This document shows positions 1 through 13,200 of a DNA stretch of 64,000 nt, one piece after another. This DNA is from Antedon mediterranea (taxonomy: Eukaryota > Animalia > Echinodermata): positions 7,626,001-7,690,000 of the forward strand of contig NC_092680.1 of NCBI RefSeq assembly GCF_964355755.1. The letters are read 5' to 3'. The position numbers and the translations under genes were made by a program. Each line of letters starts with the position of its first letter. Position 1 is the stretch's first letter. Under the pieces are notes generated by a model. The model did no database searches. It saw only the letters and a program-made list of their open reading frames with translations, and was not told the DNA's origin.

Positions 1-287
1 CACACATTATTAATAAATACAACATGATGATTAATACAATTGGATGTAGTTCAGTACTGTAGCTTGGTGGTTAATATGCTGGCTTACCAATCTCAGTTCC
101 TAGGTTCAAAACTTGTCGTATTCCATGTGACCAGATTTCGTTTTCATAGTTTATTTTCGCTATTCGCTTCCCCACCCACCCCACAGACTGACAGAAGATT
201 CAGTTACATTTTTTGTTTTTGTATTTTACACTATTTTGATAAGAAATAAAAATGAAAAACAATAAACGAATACGATCTTTAACGAAC

Positions 288-447
288 CTGACTGCATAGT
301 AAAGATAATAAAAGAACTTGTCAGTATCCACGTAGCATCATCCCAGCTAGTTTCAGCCTGCTCCTTTTCAGTGATGTTTGTTTCTAAAACAATATAATCA
401 TCGTACACGGGGGCACATGTTGCATTTGTACAGTTTACAGCATCCAT
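288..447 (-). CDS. amt: Ammonium transporter (Amt family) paralogue A, first coding exon; gene continues beyond window start
   Basis: ATG at 447, MDAVNC...SWDDATWILTSSFIIFTMQS-G, then donor G|GTTCGT at 287. The TM1 motif is nearly identical to the plus-strand Amt at 6522. Confidence 0.88.
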
Positions 448-1078
448 CTTTATGACCAGAGCCCACGCGATGAAATATAAATAGTATAATCTTTGCGGTG
501 ATAAAGTGTAGACCACCTTTTAACACGAACTCATCAGTGCAGTCATTAATAATGTTTACTAAATAACTGAGCATGCGTAATAGTTGCTGATTCGTTGGAA
601 TCAACTGCTATTTTATGGATGAACGTCGTCAAGTGGTTTCCTTTATATTTTTAAATACATGTATGAATACCATTTAAACCAAAAAATTTCTAATTCAAAC
701 AAATATGTTTCAAGTTGTGTAACTATCATTATACTCAAAATATTCCCTTTTCTTGTATTATTTTATTTAACAAAAATTAAATATAAAGTGTTCAAATATT
801 TCTGGATTTAATCATTTCCCTTTTTTTATTTGTCCTCTTCTTCTCTGCTTCCAGTTTTTCACTGTCTCTCGTCTATCTGTTGTCTGTCTTTTTGTTGAAA
901 TTTGTCTCGCCGTAGCATAAGGTGTAACATTCTCACCATTGCTCGTTGGGTTGTTTGTTTCACAAGCCCATACAGTTCCAGGGAAGAGTAATTGTGATTA
1001 TTTAAGCTGTAGCTTTTTATTGGCCAACTCTCATGCGCTGCGTCTACGTCCTTACGTTGCGTTGCGTCTACGTGCTAA

Positions 1079-1273
1079 AGCGTGGTTCCCGCAATCCACG
1101 CAACGTAAGAAAATGCCCTTCTAATAATTGTGTTTGCTCCCGCCTGCGTGAAATCAAACCTGCGATATTTGCAGCACTATTGCGTCGTCGTCGGTTCCTT
1201 GCACTTGTGATTACGCAATACAGCACTTTGCGTCGATAGGTGGCTGCGTTGCGTCCCTAGTGGGAACCAAGCT
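1079..1273. mobile_element. PIF/Harbinger-like MITE family H1 (AGCTTGGTTCCCACTAG termini)
   Basis: TIRs with TAA/TTA flanks; other copies at 5609-5766, 28375-28553, 60446-60577 and a half copy at ~20590-20669. Confidence 0.7.
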
Positions 1274-3343
1274 TTACTTTGTGTTGCATCTACGTCCCTG
1301 CGTTGCGTCTCTAATTTCCATAGAATGATGGTCGAATGCGTGATGGCGCTATATATGTCAGATCGACTCACTTTATTTTCACGCTGCTGCTCTAGCCCGC
1401 TACGTCACACGAGATGACTCATTAATTAGATGAAATCAAGCAGCAGTTATAGTACTACACTTTGACATTTTTGTTAAAATGGAAACTCCACTATAATTTA
1501 TAGGTAGCAGCTGCATTTCTGGTATTTATGAGTCCAATGATAATACTGTATTTCACTGTCAGATAATCATTGAATTATTATCAAAACAGTCCATGAAAGT
1601 TTTTGTTTGTAATATGATACTTCACACTTGAAGTATCTAAGGCGTGATGAAGTGACCCCCAGACTTGACCTTAGCAATAAAATAAACTAAATTGAGTCTG
1701 TTTCATATCAAAGTTATTCACTTCTGTAACAAAATTCACATTATAGAAAGAGAAAAGAAACGTTTAATTATAACTCAAAAACCACATTGTCTGACAGACA
1801 ATTGAAGTATTTTTTGCTTTTAATTACATTTTTTTCAGGTAAAATAACTATTATGTGACAATAAAATGACACATTCAAAAACAAATTTGAAATAAAAAAT
1901 ATTTTTCAGAGGGACAATATATCTTTAAAACTGTTACGTCAATAAGCGAGCAGCGTTTTTTGTAAGAAATATTTCTTGTTTAGTTTACAAACTATATCGT
2001 AAAGTTATTTCAATATTAATTATTTTACAGATAATTTATATAATTTGAAATAAAAATGTACCGGTTTTATTTATTTGAAACACCGTTGAGTAATGTGTTT
2101 AAAGTCATGTGCAGCCAAAACATTATAATTGATCATACACTCCAATAATCATCGATTATCCATAATTTCCATTTTAAATATTTTTTGGTACATTATTTTT
2201 TTTGGGTCAAAATAAGCACAGTGAGAAATAATTCAAATTACCCAGTAAAACCACTATTCTTGCGTGCACAAATAACAATATATAACTTGAAACTTACGTG
2301 TTTTTATTCAGATTTTTATTTTCCCACAAACAATTATCAACATAACCTGTTAACTTGTTTTCTAATCTGACAGCTTAAACTATGCCTGGTTTTGTAGTAG
2401 AACTGACCATGGAACTATAATATAGGCCTAAGATATAGTTCCATGAACTGACTGGTGGCAAATTCTGACAAACTCCTGTTTCTTTCGTCATAATTTCTGT
2501 TATTACATAATTTTTATTTTATGTTAGACTACTTACTTGCTATAATTGAACCGATTTTCTCAGTTAAGCTATCTAACAATACACTGTTATGGTAGCTAAT
2601 GCATTTTCCATCAAACACGTTTGATGTAGGATTGAACGGATCGTTACGTCACAGTAGTTAACAATGGTTAATGGTTATGATTCTGTTATCAACAACAAAA
2701 CACGGCTAAATTATTTTCTTCTTCAGAAATTGAAAAGTGTTATTTCAAAGTAGGCTTAAGGTCTTCAATTTGATTGTCGGAATTGAAGTAGATGTTTTAA
2801 AAAATTATCTCTCGGAATCAAAATACAATCAATTGTGGCGTACAATGTGTAAGACTTACTAATTATGTCAGTGGCCTTCGTAAAGCAAAAGCTTCGTCTC
2901 TAAATAATTAAAAAACTAGTTTTATATGATTTATTCATTTAATTATTTAGATAGGCCTACAGTAAAGACAAATGTTTTTACAAAATGACTTTCTGTGAAT
3001 CCAAATATGATCTCAATCATCCTTCATACGCTAACAAGTCTATCAAAACCCACTGCTTGTAAATTACCTAATATTTCTAATCACATCTGCTAGGTCACAT
3101 ATTTTCAAATTAATATCCTTATATCTATATTTTAAAATCTGTTATCTTATGTTTGTCTCCTTTTATTATCAATTTTATACCATTTCAACTATAATTTGCT
3201 GTAATATATACTTCTAGGCCCTTTTGAAATTGATTCTAATCAATAAATGAATGAATGAACTGGGCCTATAGACTGAATACATGTATATTACAAATGTTAT
3301 TTAGGCCTAAAGGTTCCTAAAAGTTATGCTTGCGTATGTTTAA

Positions 3344-3676
3344 AGATGTATTGTCCCCCAAAAACATGAAAAATGAAGATTAATTAAATCAGACTTTGAA
3401 TATCTTATTTTGTAGTTGTAATAAAGTTAATCACTTCCATAGAAAAACAACAGAAAAAAATAATGTTTTCATTTATAAAATAACATGATAAATGGTTAAA
3501 TTCAACCAAAAATCCATTGGCTGGCAGCCAATTTGACCATTTTTTTACTTTAAATTCCAGTTTGTTTTTTTTCGATCCAAATTTTGGTCGAATTCAATAA
3601 CTATTATGTGACATTAACATGGCATATTCAAAAACAAAAATTTAAGAAAATTATTTTTCAGGGGGACAATACATCT
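3344..3676. mobile_element. Kolobok-like MITE (AGATGTATTGTCCCC TIR)
   Basis: TIR AGATGTATTGTCCCC...GGGGACAATACATCT with TTAA/TTAT flanks; related copies at ~10615-10966 and a partial copy at ~1800-1925. Confidence 0.7.
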
Positions 3677-4129
3677 TTATTGATGCAATTACATTTATCA
3701 CCAACTTGTCGTAATCGTAAGGGGCGCTATTGTATTCTCCGCGTGATCCATTGTTGGTTATTATTAAGCATATTCATTATGACTATACTCACTGGTTTTA
3801 GACGAACACTACGTAATTATGTGATTATATTTACAATATAATATTGAGTATTCATTTGATGCATCTGTACAGTAAGTATTATCATATTTTAACGTTATCT
3901 CAGTTAATATCTTTTTGGGTGGAGTGTATTTCAATATGAATTTACTGATACTTGAAATATGGTCATTTAGTTTAATATACTTTAATAGAATGTTTTAGTT
4001 TACTTTGAAGAATTTATTTATCAGTATATATATTTTAGAAACAAAATAGACTAAAGCAAACAAGAATCAGTTTTGGCAAACCATGGTTAACCAAAACTAT
4101 AATATCTATTACACTAACTAACAAAACTA

Positions 4130-4520
4130 TCTATATTATAAGTGAGAGAGTTTGCACGTTTGTTTGTCTGTTTTTTCGTTATACAAATTTTTGTTACTGC
4201 ACGTAATCTTACATATGGGGTATCAAAATGACCGCAATTGTACCGGGAATGTTCTAAGCTATATTTGAACATCATCCGCCACCTAGGATCCAAGTTAGGA
4301 ACCAAAATGTGGTAAAAATCCCCACTTTCGATGTTTGTTCGTTATACAAATTTCTGTTTCTGCATGTAACCATACACATGGGGTATCAAAATGATGGCAA
4401 TTGTACCCGGAAGGTTTTAAACTACATTTAAAAAATCCCCCGAGTCCTGGGGTTTTTGTGGGAGAGGGGGAGGGGGTGGTTTGTGATGTCAGTTGAATAG
4501 CATTTTTGCTAGGGTTCGGG
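4130..4520 (+). mobile_element. Helitron-like non-autonomous fragment
   Basis: a|TCTATATTATAA start, (GTTT)n tract and two ~160-bp internal tandem units; no clear 3' end. Confidence 0.45.
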
Positions 4521-5608
4521 GATGTAGGCTATCGAATTGTAAATTATACTACAAAGGTTTTGCAGTATTTCAATTATCCTCAGGAAGGTGTTTGGGGAAA
4601 TAGTATTGTTGTTTCACGAAAACATTCGCCAAATATTTATTTTTAGTTTAACAGTGTAAATTTAAGCTGAACAATTTTCTCCTCAAATTAATACATTAAC
4701 ACAATTTTTAAGGACTACAAAACAATCATAAGCCAACGTTCGCGAATTACGGCAATATTAATCTGTATAACAGTCAGACTGTATTATTGACAACGAATAC
4801 ATAAAATAGTAAATTTAAGCATAAAGTGAATTAATTGGGATTTTTTAGCGATTAGTTTACTATCCCGCCTATAACGACCAATTAAAGTAAAAATGATACT
4901 GATACAGTGAAAAGATAGTAGACTGCTTCAGCTTCTTGCATTAGTTGCATAAAATTGTCATTTTCTAATACTAATACAGTATCAGATCGTTTTTTTTTAA
5001 TTACTATTTTTTAAATATTATAGTCATTGTGTTGTTTTATTGGCTACTATACTGAGGAAATGATATGGCAGTTGTAGGCTAATTGTATCATTATCATATT
5101 TAAATCTATGTACTGTTATCTTAATAATTATTAAGCAGTAGGCAAAAATAATGATGGTACTCAAGCCTATGTATATAATTGTAATTAGTCATGGTTAATT
5201 AATGAACAAAGATCTTCTGAAGCTTTTTTCCAATTTACACACAGACGAGTGATAACCCGCAAGTGGATTAGCCTCGATCGCACTGGACTTAATTTGGTCA
5301 AATCATGGAGAACTGATTTCTCCATGGTCAAATTAACCGAGTAAAACCGGCTAAACTGACAAAGAAAAGTCCAATTCAAACATTGGCACACATGGTTAAA
5401 TTAATCAGGTCCAATATTTACTTTTACCGACCATGTGTGCCCAGTTAAAATTACCATGGTTTCGGTAAAACTAACCACGCGGCTAAAAAGTCCAGTCCAA
5501 ACGTGTGACTGAAGTTAAACATTTGACCATAATTTTGGTAAAATTATGGTAAAACGAACTGCGTGAAAATCCAAATCTTCCATTGGGTAAAGCTATCGTT
5601 GTGTCTAA

Positions 5609-5766
5609 TTCTTGGTTCCCACTAGAGAGGCAACACGAGGACGTAACTCAAAGTAAGTGAATTGACCAATCACAAGCGATGAATTATTCGAACTGTGACT
5701 TGTTATTGGTCAACATGCTTGCGTTGTGTTTACGTCCTTGCGATGCGTTCAAGTGGGAACCAAGCT
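5609..5766. mobile_element. MITE family H1 copy
   Basis: cttggttcccactag...agtgggaaccaagct, TAA/TTA flanks. Confidence 0.7.
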
Positions 5767-6521
5767 TTATGACCATTTTACACAAAATACAGAGCAGACG
5801 GGTGGCTGAGCGGAAACCCGAGAAGATACGTATCTACGTGGAACAGGCTACGTGCTTTTTCGCTTACCGCTCGTCTCTATGGCCGTACTGGTACTGATAG
5901 GTCTATAATTAGATAAAATATCTCGATTAGTCTCAGTAATGGTAATTAAAATAGCACAATATATACTGAAAGAGATGGTATAGATTTTAGGCCAAGTCAA
6001 TAATAATTATGTAAATGATGATGATAATAATAACACATATGCCTACAACCTGACGCCATACTCCATCCTGAGTCAGCTTCTATGTATTGCAGACTATCGT
6101 CATCATTGGTGTACGCCTATTTGAAATTGTTTACTGTTTTATAGTGACCTCTTTGATAAACCTTACATAGGATTTGAAGATTCATTCATCCTTTCTGTTG
6201 ATTAAAAAAAAACAGCCCTTCCCCTTCCCGCCAAAAAAATAGCAAAACAAATAAACCACAGTCAATAAACGTCATATGGATTCGTATCATATTATTGTTA
6301 ATGTTAGAACGTCTTGTACGTGTACCACTATTTCAAAAGCAATGTTCGAATAAGGTTTGAGTTTGAAAGATTATCAAATTTAGTTTAATTCCTGACTTAA
6401 TTTAGTGAATACATATTGCCGGGCTAATGACTAGATTATTCAAATGAACTTGTTCTTTCTTACCAGGAATCAACGTGTTTGGGAGTGACATATTATTACC
6501 ATTTCATCACAGGCCTATATA

Positions 6522-7237
6522 ATGGATACTAGTTCTACTGGATCATCAGACGACCCACTGGGTACAACTTACGGAAATACCACGACAGAAGCGCCAATAT
6601 ATGGTTTCCCAACTAGCACGTGGGATGACGCTACATGGACTCTTACAAGTGCGTTCATCATATTTACAATGCAATCTGGTTTTGGTCTTTTAGAATCTGG
6701 ATCCGTTTCTCAAAAAAATGAAGTTAATATTATGGTAAAAAATGCAGTTGATGTACTATTTGGGGGAATTTCTTACTGGATGTTCGGATACGGATTATGT
6801 TTTGGTGTTTCTAAAGGAAGTAATTCGTTCGTGGGAGTTGGATATTTTTTTGTGGATGCAGATATGGACGACGAAACACTGGGACACCTATTCGCGCACT
6901 TTTTCTTTCAAGCGTCGTTTGCAACTACGGCAACGACTATTGTTAGTGGCTCGCTTGCAGAGCGCACGAAACTTGAAGCATATATCGTGTTTTCGTTTCT
7001 TAACACATTGGTTTATTGCTTTCCTGCTCGGTGGTTCTGGGCCGAAACCGGGTGGCTGAAGTCGATGGGAGCTGTAGATATAGCTGGGGCTGGCGCAGTT
7101 CATTTAGTTGGAGGGGTGACAGGTTTAGTTTCTACACTGATGCTTAAACCGAGAATCGGTAGATTTGATGCAGACTGCAGCGATGTTAAAAACATGGGGT
7201 CCCCTACCAATGCAATTCTTGGAATGTTTATGTTATG
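6522..7237 (+). CDS. amt: Amt B coding exon 1
   Basis: ORF MDTSST...GMFML-W; donor TG|GTGAGT. Confidence 0.95.
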
Positions 7238-10200
7238 GTGAGTTTATTATTTATAATAGAGTATAATACGCCTAATAGAGTATGAATTTAGTATAAAATA
7301 TTTCAAACTTTTTAATTCATTTCTATGTAAATCTTTTAAGTTTAAAACGCTATATTTCCATAATAATGTTTTATCATATTGTTATACTTATATCAAATAT
7401 AAAATTTACTAATTTGACAGGCATGCTTCTTAATTTCACACACATTTTAACATTATACAGTTTCATAAACATGATGAATAGGATATTTGTTGCTTTTATT
7501 AAACAAATACAATATTCCTTAATCTTGTTGTTTCGTCCAGAATAGTATGCCTAGTGTAATGCTCTGTCTACAGTATCAAACTTTATGTGACAAAAATAGG
7601 TGATGTGCCCATATATGGACATGATGATGTCATATCACTACTGTATTTGGGCATATCACGATACGATACGATAGTATTTATTTTCATTTATACAACAAGG
7701 TACAAATTAAATTTGGTTGGTTGATTTACATTTGATATAAATACAACAAAGAAATTACAGAGATTTAACAAACTTGCTATTAGATACATAGAATTATAAA
7801 CAAATGATTGTCGGCAATGTTTGGTGTTTTGATTCAGAGTGATCAGTCTACATATTTGGGCACATCACACTTTTTTGTTAACTAATTTGATAGTGTAGAC
7901 AGGGCTTTAAATGGATATAAACTGCCAAAACACATTATAGATTACAAAATAAAGATTCACCAACAATTCCTCTCAAAGAAAATTTGAAAGACGTATAAAA
8001 AGATTCAGTGTATTCATTCATTCATTCATTCATTTGTTCTTTCTTTCTTTCATTCATTATTTCGTCAAACACACATTATATTTTTGAGATTGTAAGCGGT
8101 TCCAGTTAAAATAAAATTCAGATAAAAACAATTAAAAACAAAAACAAGAAAACCAACTTCAAGAATAAAAGTTACGGTATTTAAAATTATAAAAATCACC
8201 ATTATTGTTCTAAGAATAATCCTTTTGCTTCATTGATGACATTTGATTGCTATCAATATTAGATGACCTTTTCTGTTGAAAATAAGTAATCATTAAATGG
8301 ATGCATTTACAAAATACAATTACTCCTAAACCCGTCAGATGATACACGGTTAATTGTTGTCATAGTGACTATTTATAACAAATTCTTATAATTCTGTAGA
8401 TTAAAAGGTGTGGGAATGAAGAAGAAACACTTATTTGAATGTTCTGACATGATGTCGCAATGACACAATGACAAGAAAATATCGATTTTATTGCCTTTTA
8501 GTTATTATAAAAACATTATGACGGCATGTTATTACTGAGCGATATATCTTTTCTGTGTTAAGATATGCTATTATATATTTATTTCGTTTTCTTTCAGTAG
8601 GGTAGCCCTCTCAGTAATAAAATAAAACTGCTCTTCCGAGGGGCCCTACGGCACATTTAAACATAATTTTAAAACAACTTAAACTAAACTTAAACTAAAA
8701 CTAAACTTTAATGCATGTTCTCATTATTATTATAACTTTTATCGCTATTAGTGATTGTTTTTGTTATTCTTCCATGCGTTATATATATATTATTATTATT
8801 AGGGCCTACTTGATAGGCCTAACCTTCTTTTAGTTCAAAGAAGTAATCTCTGATTCATGTCTCGTTTTTCATCTATTTGATACAAGCTATTTTGTTAAAA
8901 AATACACAATTAATCCTATATAAATATTGTTTCTCACAATAATCAAATCAAAGTATCAAACCAGTGATCGCGGTGAAACAGAATAAATAGGCCTTTACTA
9001 CTATCGAAAATCGACTGATAGGTGTATTGATCTATATGTGTCCTTCGTCTTAGGTATTCTCTCTCTTCCACTGTCCTCCGCCATGTTGTTTTGGGCCGTC
9101 CGACTCTTCTCATGCCTTCTGGTTTCCATGTCATAGAATGACGATTGGTTCCATTCTCATTACATGGCCAATCCATTTCCATGTTTTTAGTAGATTTTAA
9201 ATATTATTATTGTTTTATTTACTTGATCTTGACAATGTTTCCATGTTGGTTTTTACAACGTTGATCTATATTATTTTTGTCATAAAAGAGGGTACTGAAT
9301 ATGAAATAGTATACCCTCATTTACATTGGCCTAATTAAATTAAAAATATAATAAATAAATAAAATTATTTTAATATAGCGCTTTTCCAATTACAATTCAG
9401 CTATGATTCTTTATGTTATGAATATAATTAACAGCTTATAATTATTTTATTTATTTCTAGGTGGGGGTGGTTGGGGTTTAATTGTGGCAGTACGTACGGT
9501 ATAACCGACTATCGTTGGGAATTTGCCGCAAGGTGAGTGTTTTTATTGCAACATAGCAAATTTAAATTACTTTAATAACAAATAGTGAATGTCTTATTAA
9601 CTTATAATGTTTTTGCCGAGAACACTTGGACAAGGAAGGCTCAGAAGCAACTATGGAACATAAATTAACTTTCATCGTGCTTTAATTTTGTTGTAAAAAC
9701 ACAATCATTTTTTGATCACGTTCTTCGGAACAACACAATGTTAAGACGTTAAGAACTTGAATCACATAGCCTATATTAACTTGTTTATTTCATGACACAA
9801 CTGAAAAAGCCCACCAAATCTCAGGATCGCTACGTAAGTCACATGTCACGCGTTTTCAACCTCACGTCTCGAAACTTTTTGATGATGAAACCGATTTATT
9901 CCACACTACGAAAGCATTCATCTTCATGTTAGTTCTAACAATTGATCATAATCATGACATGCGTTTATTTTATGTTATCATGTTACTACTAAAAAAAACT
10001 ATTAAATTATAAAATACCCTTCTACTGCATATCCCCCAAAACATACCTATAGGTTCATGCTATAAACAGCACAACCTGCAGTAATAAATGTTTTAAATAT
10101 TATTTCATATGCATATCGACCAACATTCATACTATCTAGCGGTGTAAACGTGTACTACCGTGTATTATGAATTTCAAAAGTAAAAAAAAAATCTATAATT

Positions 10201-13200
10201 GTCATAAAGAAAATATTTTGTAGTATTTGTAATGAATTGTCATTTTGTATTAATTTTTTTTCATAATTCATCGTTCGAATATTTATAATCGAAATTTATG
10301 AGGTAACCTTGAATAGTAGTTCAAACGAAATTAAAAACGCATAAAATAGTAATAAATTGTATAAAATATTAGAAAACATTATTACACAGTTATTAGGTGA
10401 CATAATGAACAAAAACGAGCGATGAATGTCGATAAAATAGGCATTTAACGCTATGACACTCACCCTGTGTGTAAGCATAGAACATAGACCTGTAATGTCC
10501 ATGCACAGTTCGCTCAATTCAAATCAATACAAAGGAAATTATAACTTTTATGAGTTATGTTTGATACGATTATTTAGATTATGCTAAAGGTAGCGTAGTG
10601 TTTAAATTGTCTATTGTATTGTCCCCACTAACCTGAAAAATGAAGATTAATTATGTCAGACTTTGAATAGGTTATATTGTAGTTTTAGTAAAGTTTTTAT
10701 TTTTTTAAATTCATATCTTAACATATTCATTTCATATTTTTAGTAAAGTTAATCACTTCCGTATTAAAAAAAATGTTTTAAATTCAACCAAAAACACATT
10801 GGCTGGCAGCCAATTTGACTTTTTTTGCTTAAAATTACAGTTTTTTCAGGTAAATTTTTTTTTAAATCAAATTTTTGGTCAAAGTGGATAACTATTATAT
10901 GACATTACTATGGAATATTCAACAAACAATGTTTACGGAATTCTTTTGTCTGGGGGACAAAATCTTTGATATAAAAATCTTGATCCCCATCTTATTTATC
11001 GACAGCGTTGAAGCAGTAGAAGAATGTCGTTAAATAAACCCCTTTAAAAAGTGGAGCTACTTTTTCGTAATGTTTTAAAATTGAAAATACACCAATCGAC
11101 TGTGATTATTTTTAATTTAGGCATTTCTCTTACGGAAAAAGTAGACTAATAAATAAAACGACAAATTTTATATTGGAAAATACTACGGTATTTTTAATTA
11201 GTTACCCATTGGTTCTTTCTGCTTCAACGCTCACTAAAAATAAGTTGGGTTCAATGCTGACATACAATAATTGTGTTAATTCTGATTACAGATCAGCTGT
11301 TGCTACTATTACGTCATCTGTTGCTGGTGGTACCACTGGTATATTGCTTAGGTAAATATATTGTTTATCTTTCTATTTTAAAAAACCTTCACTTTCCAAT
11401 CCGAATTTATACTTTGATGGTATATGGTATAAAACTCTATGGTAGGCCTACCAGTCCCATGCAGCATCGTGTCTGCAGACACCTCCTTCTTAGTCTTACA
11501 AAGTAAATTGAAAGAATAGCGTGAATGCTATAGGCTAATCATATCCAATATCTGCCAATAGAGCCTACTTTAACCTATATTCATCTAACACAATAGCGTT
11601 GAAGTCAAGTCGATTTAAACACTTCAGTCATAATAGCTTTCTTTGGAAGATTCATCAATCTAACTGACTTCTTCCCATTCTACACAACCATTAGCCTAAA
11701 GCTGCTTTTAAAGGTGAAATTCGAAACTAGAAAATCAATCTTTCGTTAAATGTTAATCGATCATGTTTAAACACAATTATCAGGCTGCAGAATCTTGATA
11801 AATATTGCGGTATTTTAATCATTATAAGCACCGCTAGTTATAATATTTTAAGCGCGCCTATGCACAGATTACGTGTAACGTAGTCAACAATGGTTAATTA
11901 TGATTGCTTGCTTTGATTCCAAACTTTTTCAATAATATTCCAACAATTCGACCTTTTGAAACCACTTGCACAATGTTTTACGATACGGGAACTCCATTAC
12001 GCAATGTCAGAACCAATCTATGGTATAGATCAACTTGTGTTATTTCCATCATAACATTGAAGATACTACAACTAGTTTTAGGGTTAAAATACTGCTGATG
12101 ATAACCATTTGGCCAGTAATAATACTTTACCCAATTCAGTCAATATCCATCCAAATCTGCAAATGTCTAGGTAGATCCGCAAACAACACAAGTCATGGCA
12201 TTGGAATTGAAAGCGAGAGTTTTAAAGCGGAATTTAAGGAAATATCGGACAGAGTAATTACAGCCCGTATCAACAAGTAGAGGAGGTAAGCCTGGGTCAA
12301 GGCGTAGGCCAAAACCCAGGTATGTACTTTTCGTATGCGCATATGCACCTACTTTAGAACATAGTGAACAACAACCTTGGGATAGAGATAGGTTTAAGTA
12401 CTGGTACTTGTTCGAATAACCGTCTCACAGAGACATCTGGTAGCCATTGACTTGTGTACAAGAAGCATTAAATGAAGCAAAAAAAAAAAAAAAACAGAGA
12501 TATCCTAATATTAGCTGGAGATATGAATGCAAAAACGGGGGACTACCATCATGATTACCCACAATGTGCAGGAAGATATGGTAAAGGAAAAACGAACAAT
12601 AATGGAACACAGCTAGTTCAATGTGCACTAAGAAATAATGTAGTACTAACAAATACCATGTTTAAACATAAGATGTCACATAGGACTACATGGGAATGCC
12701 CGCAGAGACGCGATCAGCATAACGATCAGAAGAGTGGGGAGATTAGACGCAACCCCTACAGAAACCAGATCGATTACATTCTAGTTAAAAATTCACACAT
12801 TAAGCTAGTCACTAACGCAAGAGCATACATACAGTGGTACAAGAACATACACTGATCATAGATTAGTCAAGACAACTTTAACACTACAATGGTATAAATT
12901 AAATAGTAACGCTAAGAAAACCAAACAAATAGATGTGTCAAAACTTCAAGAAAACAGCAAAACAGACAAACATTTCAAAGAGAGGTATCGAGATGTATAC
13001 AATCGGTAAACATCCAGGACCTGGAACCACAAGAGAAAGAAATGGACCAAATTAACGACAGTCTTTCAGAATGCAGCATTGGAAGTGGTTGGTTACAGGA
13101 AAGCAAAGTCTAAATCAAACAATATATATATATATAAATTAATTAATTAAATTTCAGTATATTACCGGGCGGTTTAGAATTAATGTTCTATGCCTGATTT

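Noticed and set aside
5238-5565. Possible CAC-terminated MITE with ttaaccatg-type subrepeats
   Set aside because: TIR is only ~7 bp with no matching TSD; too weak to call.
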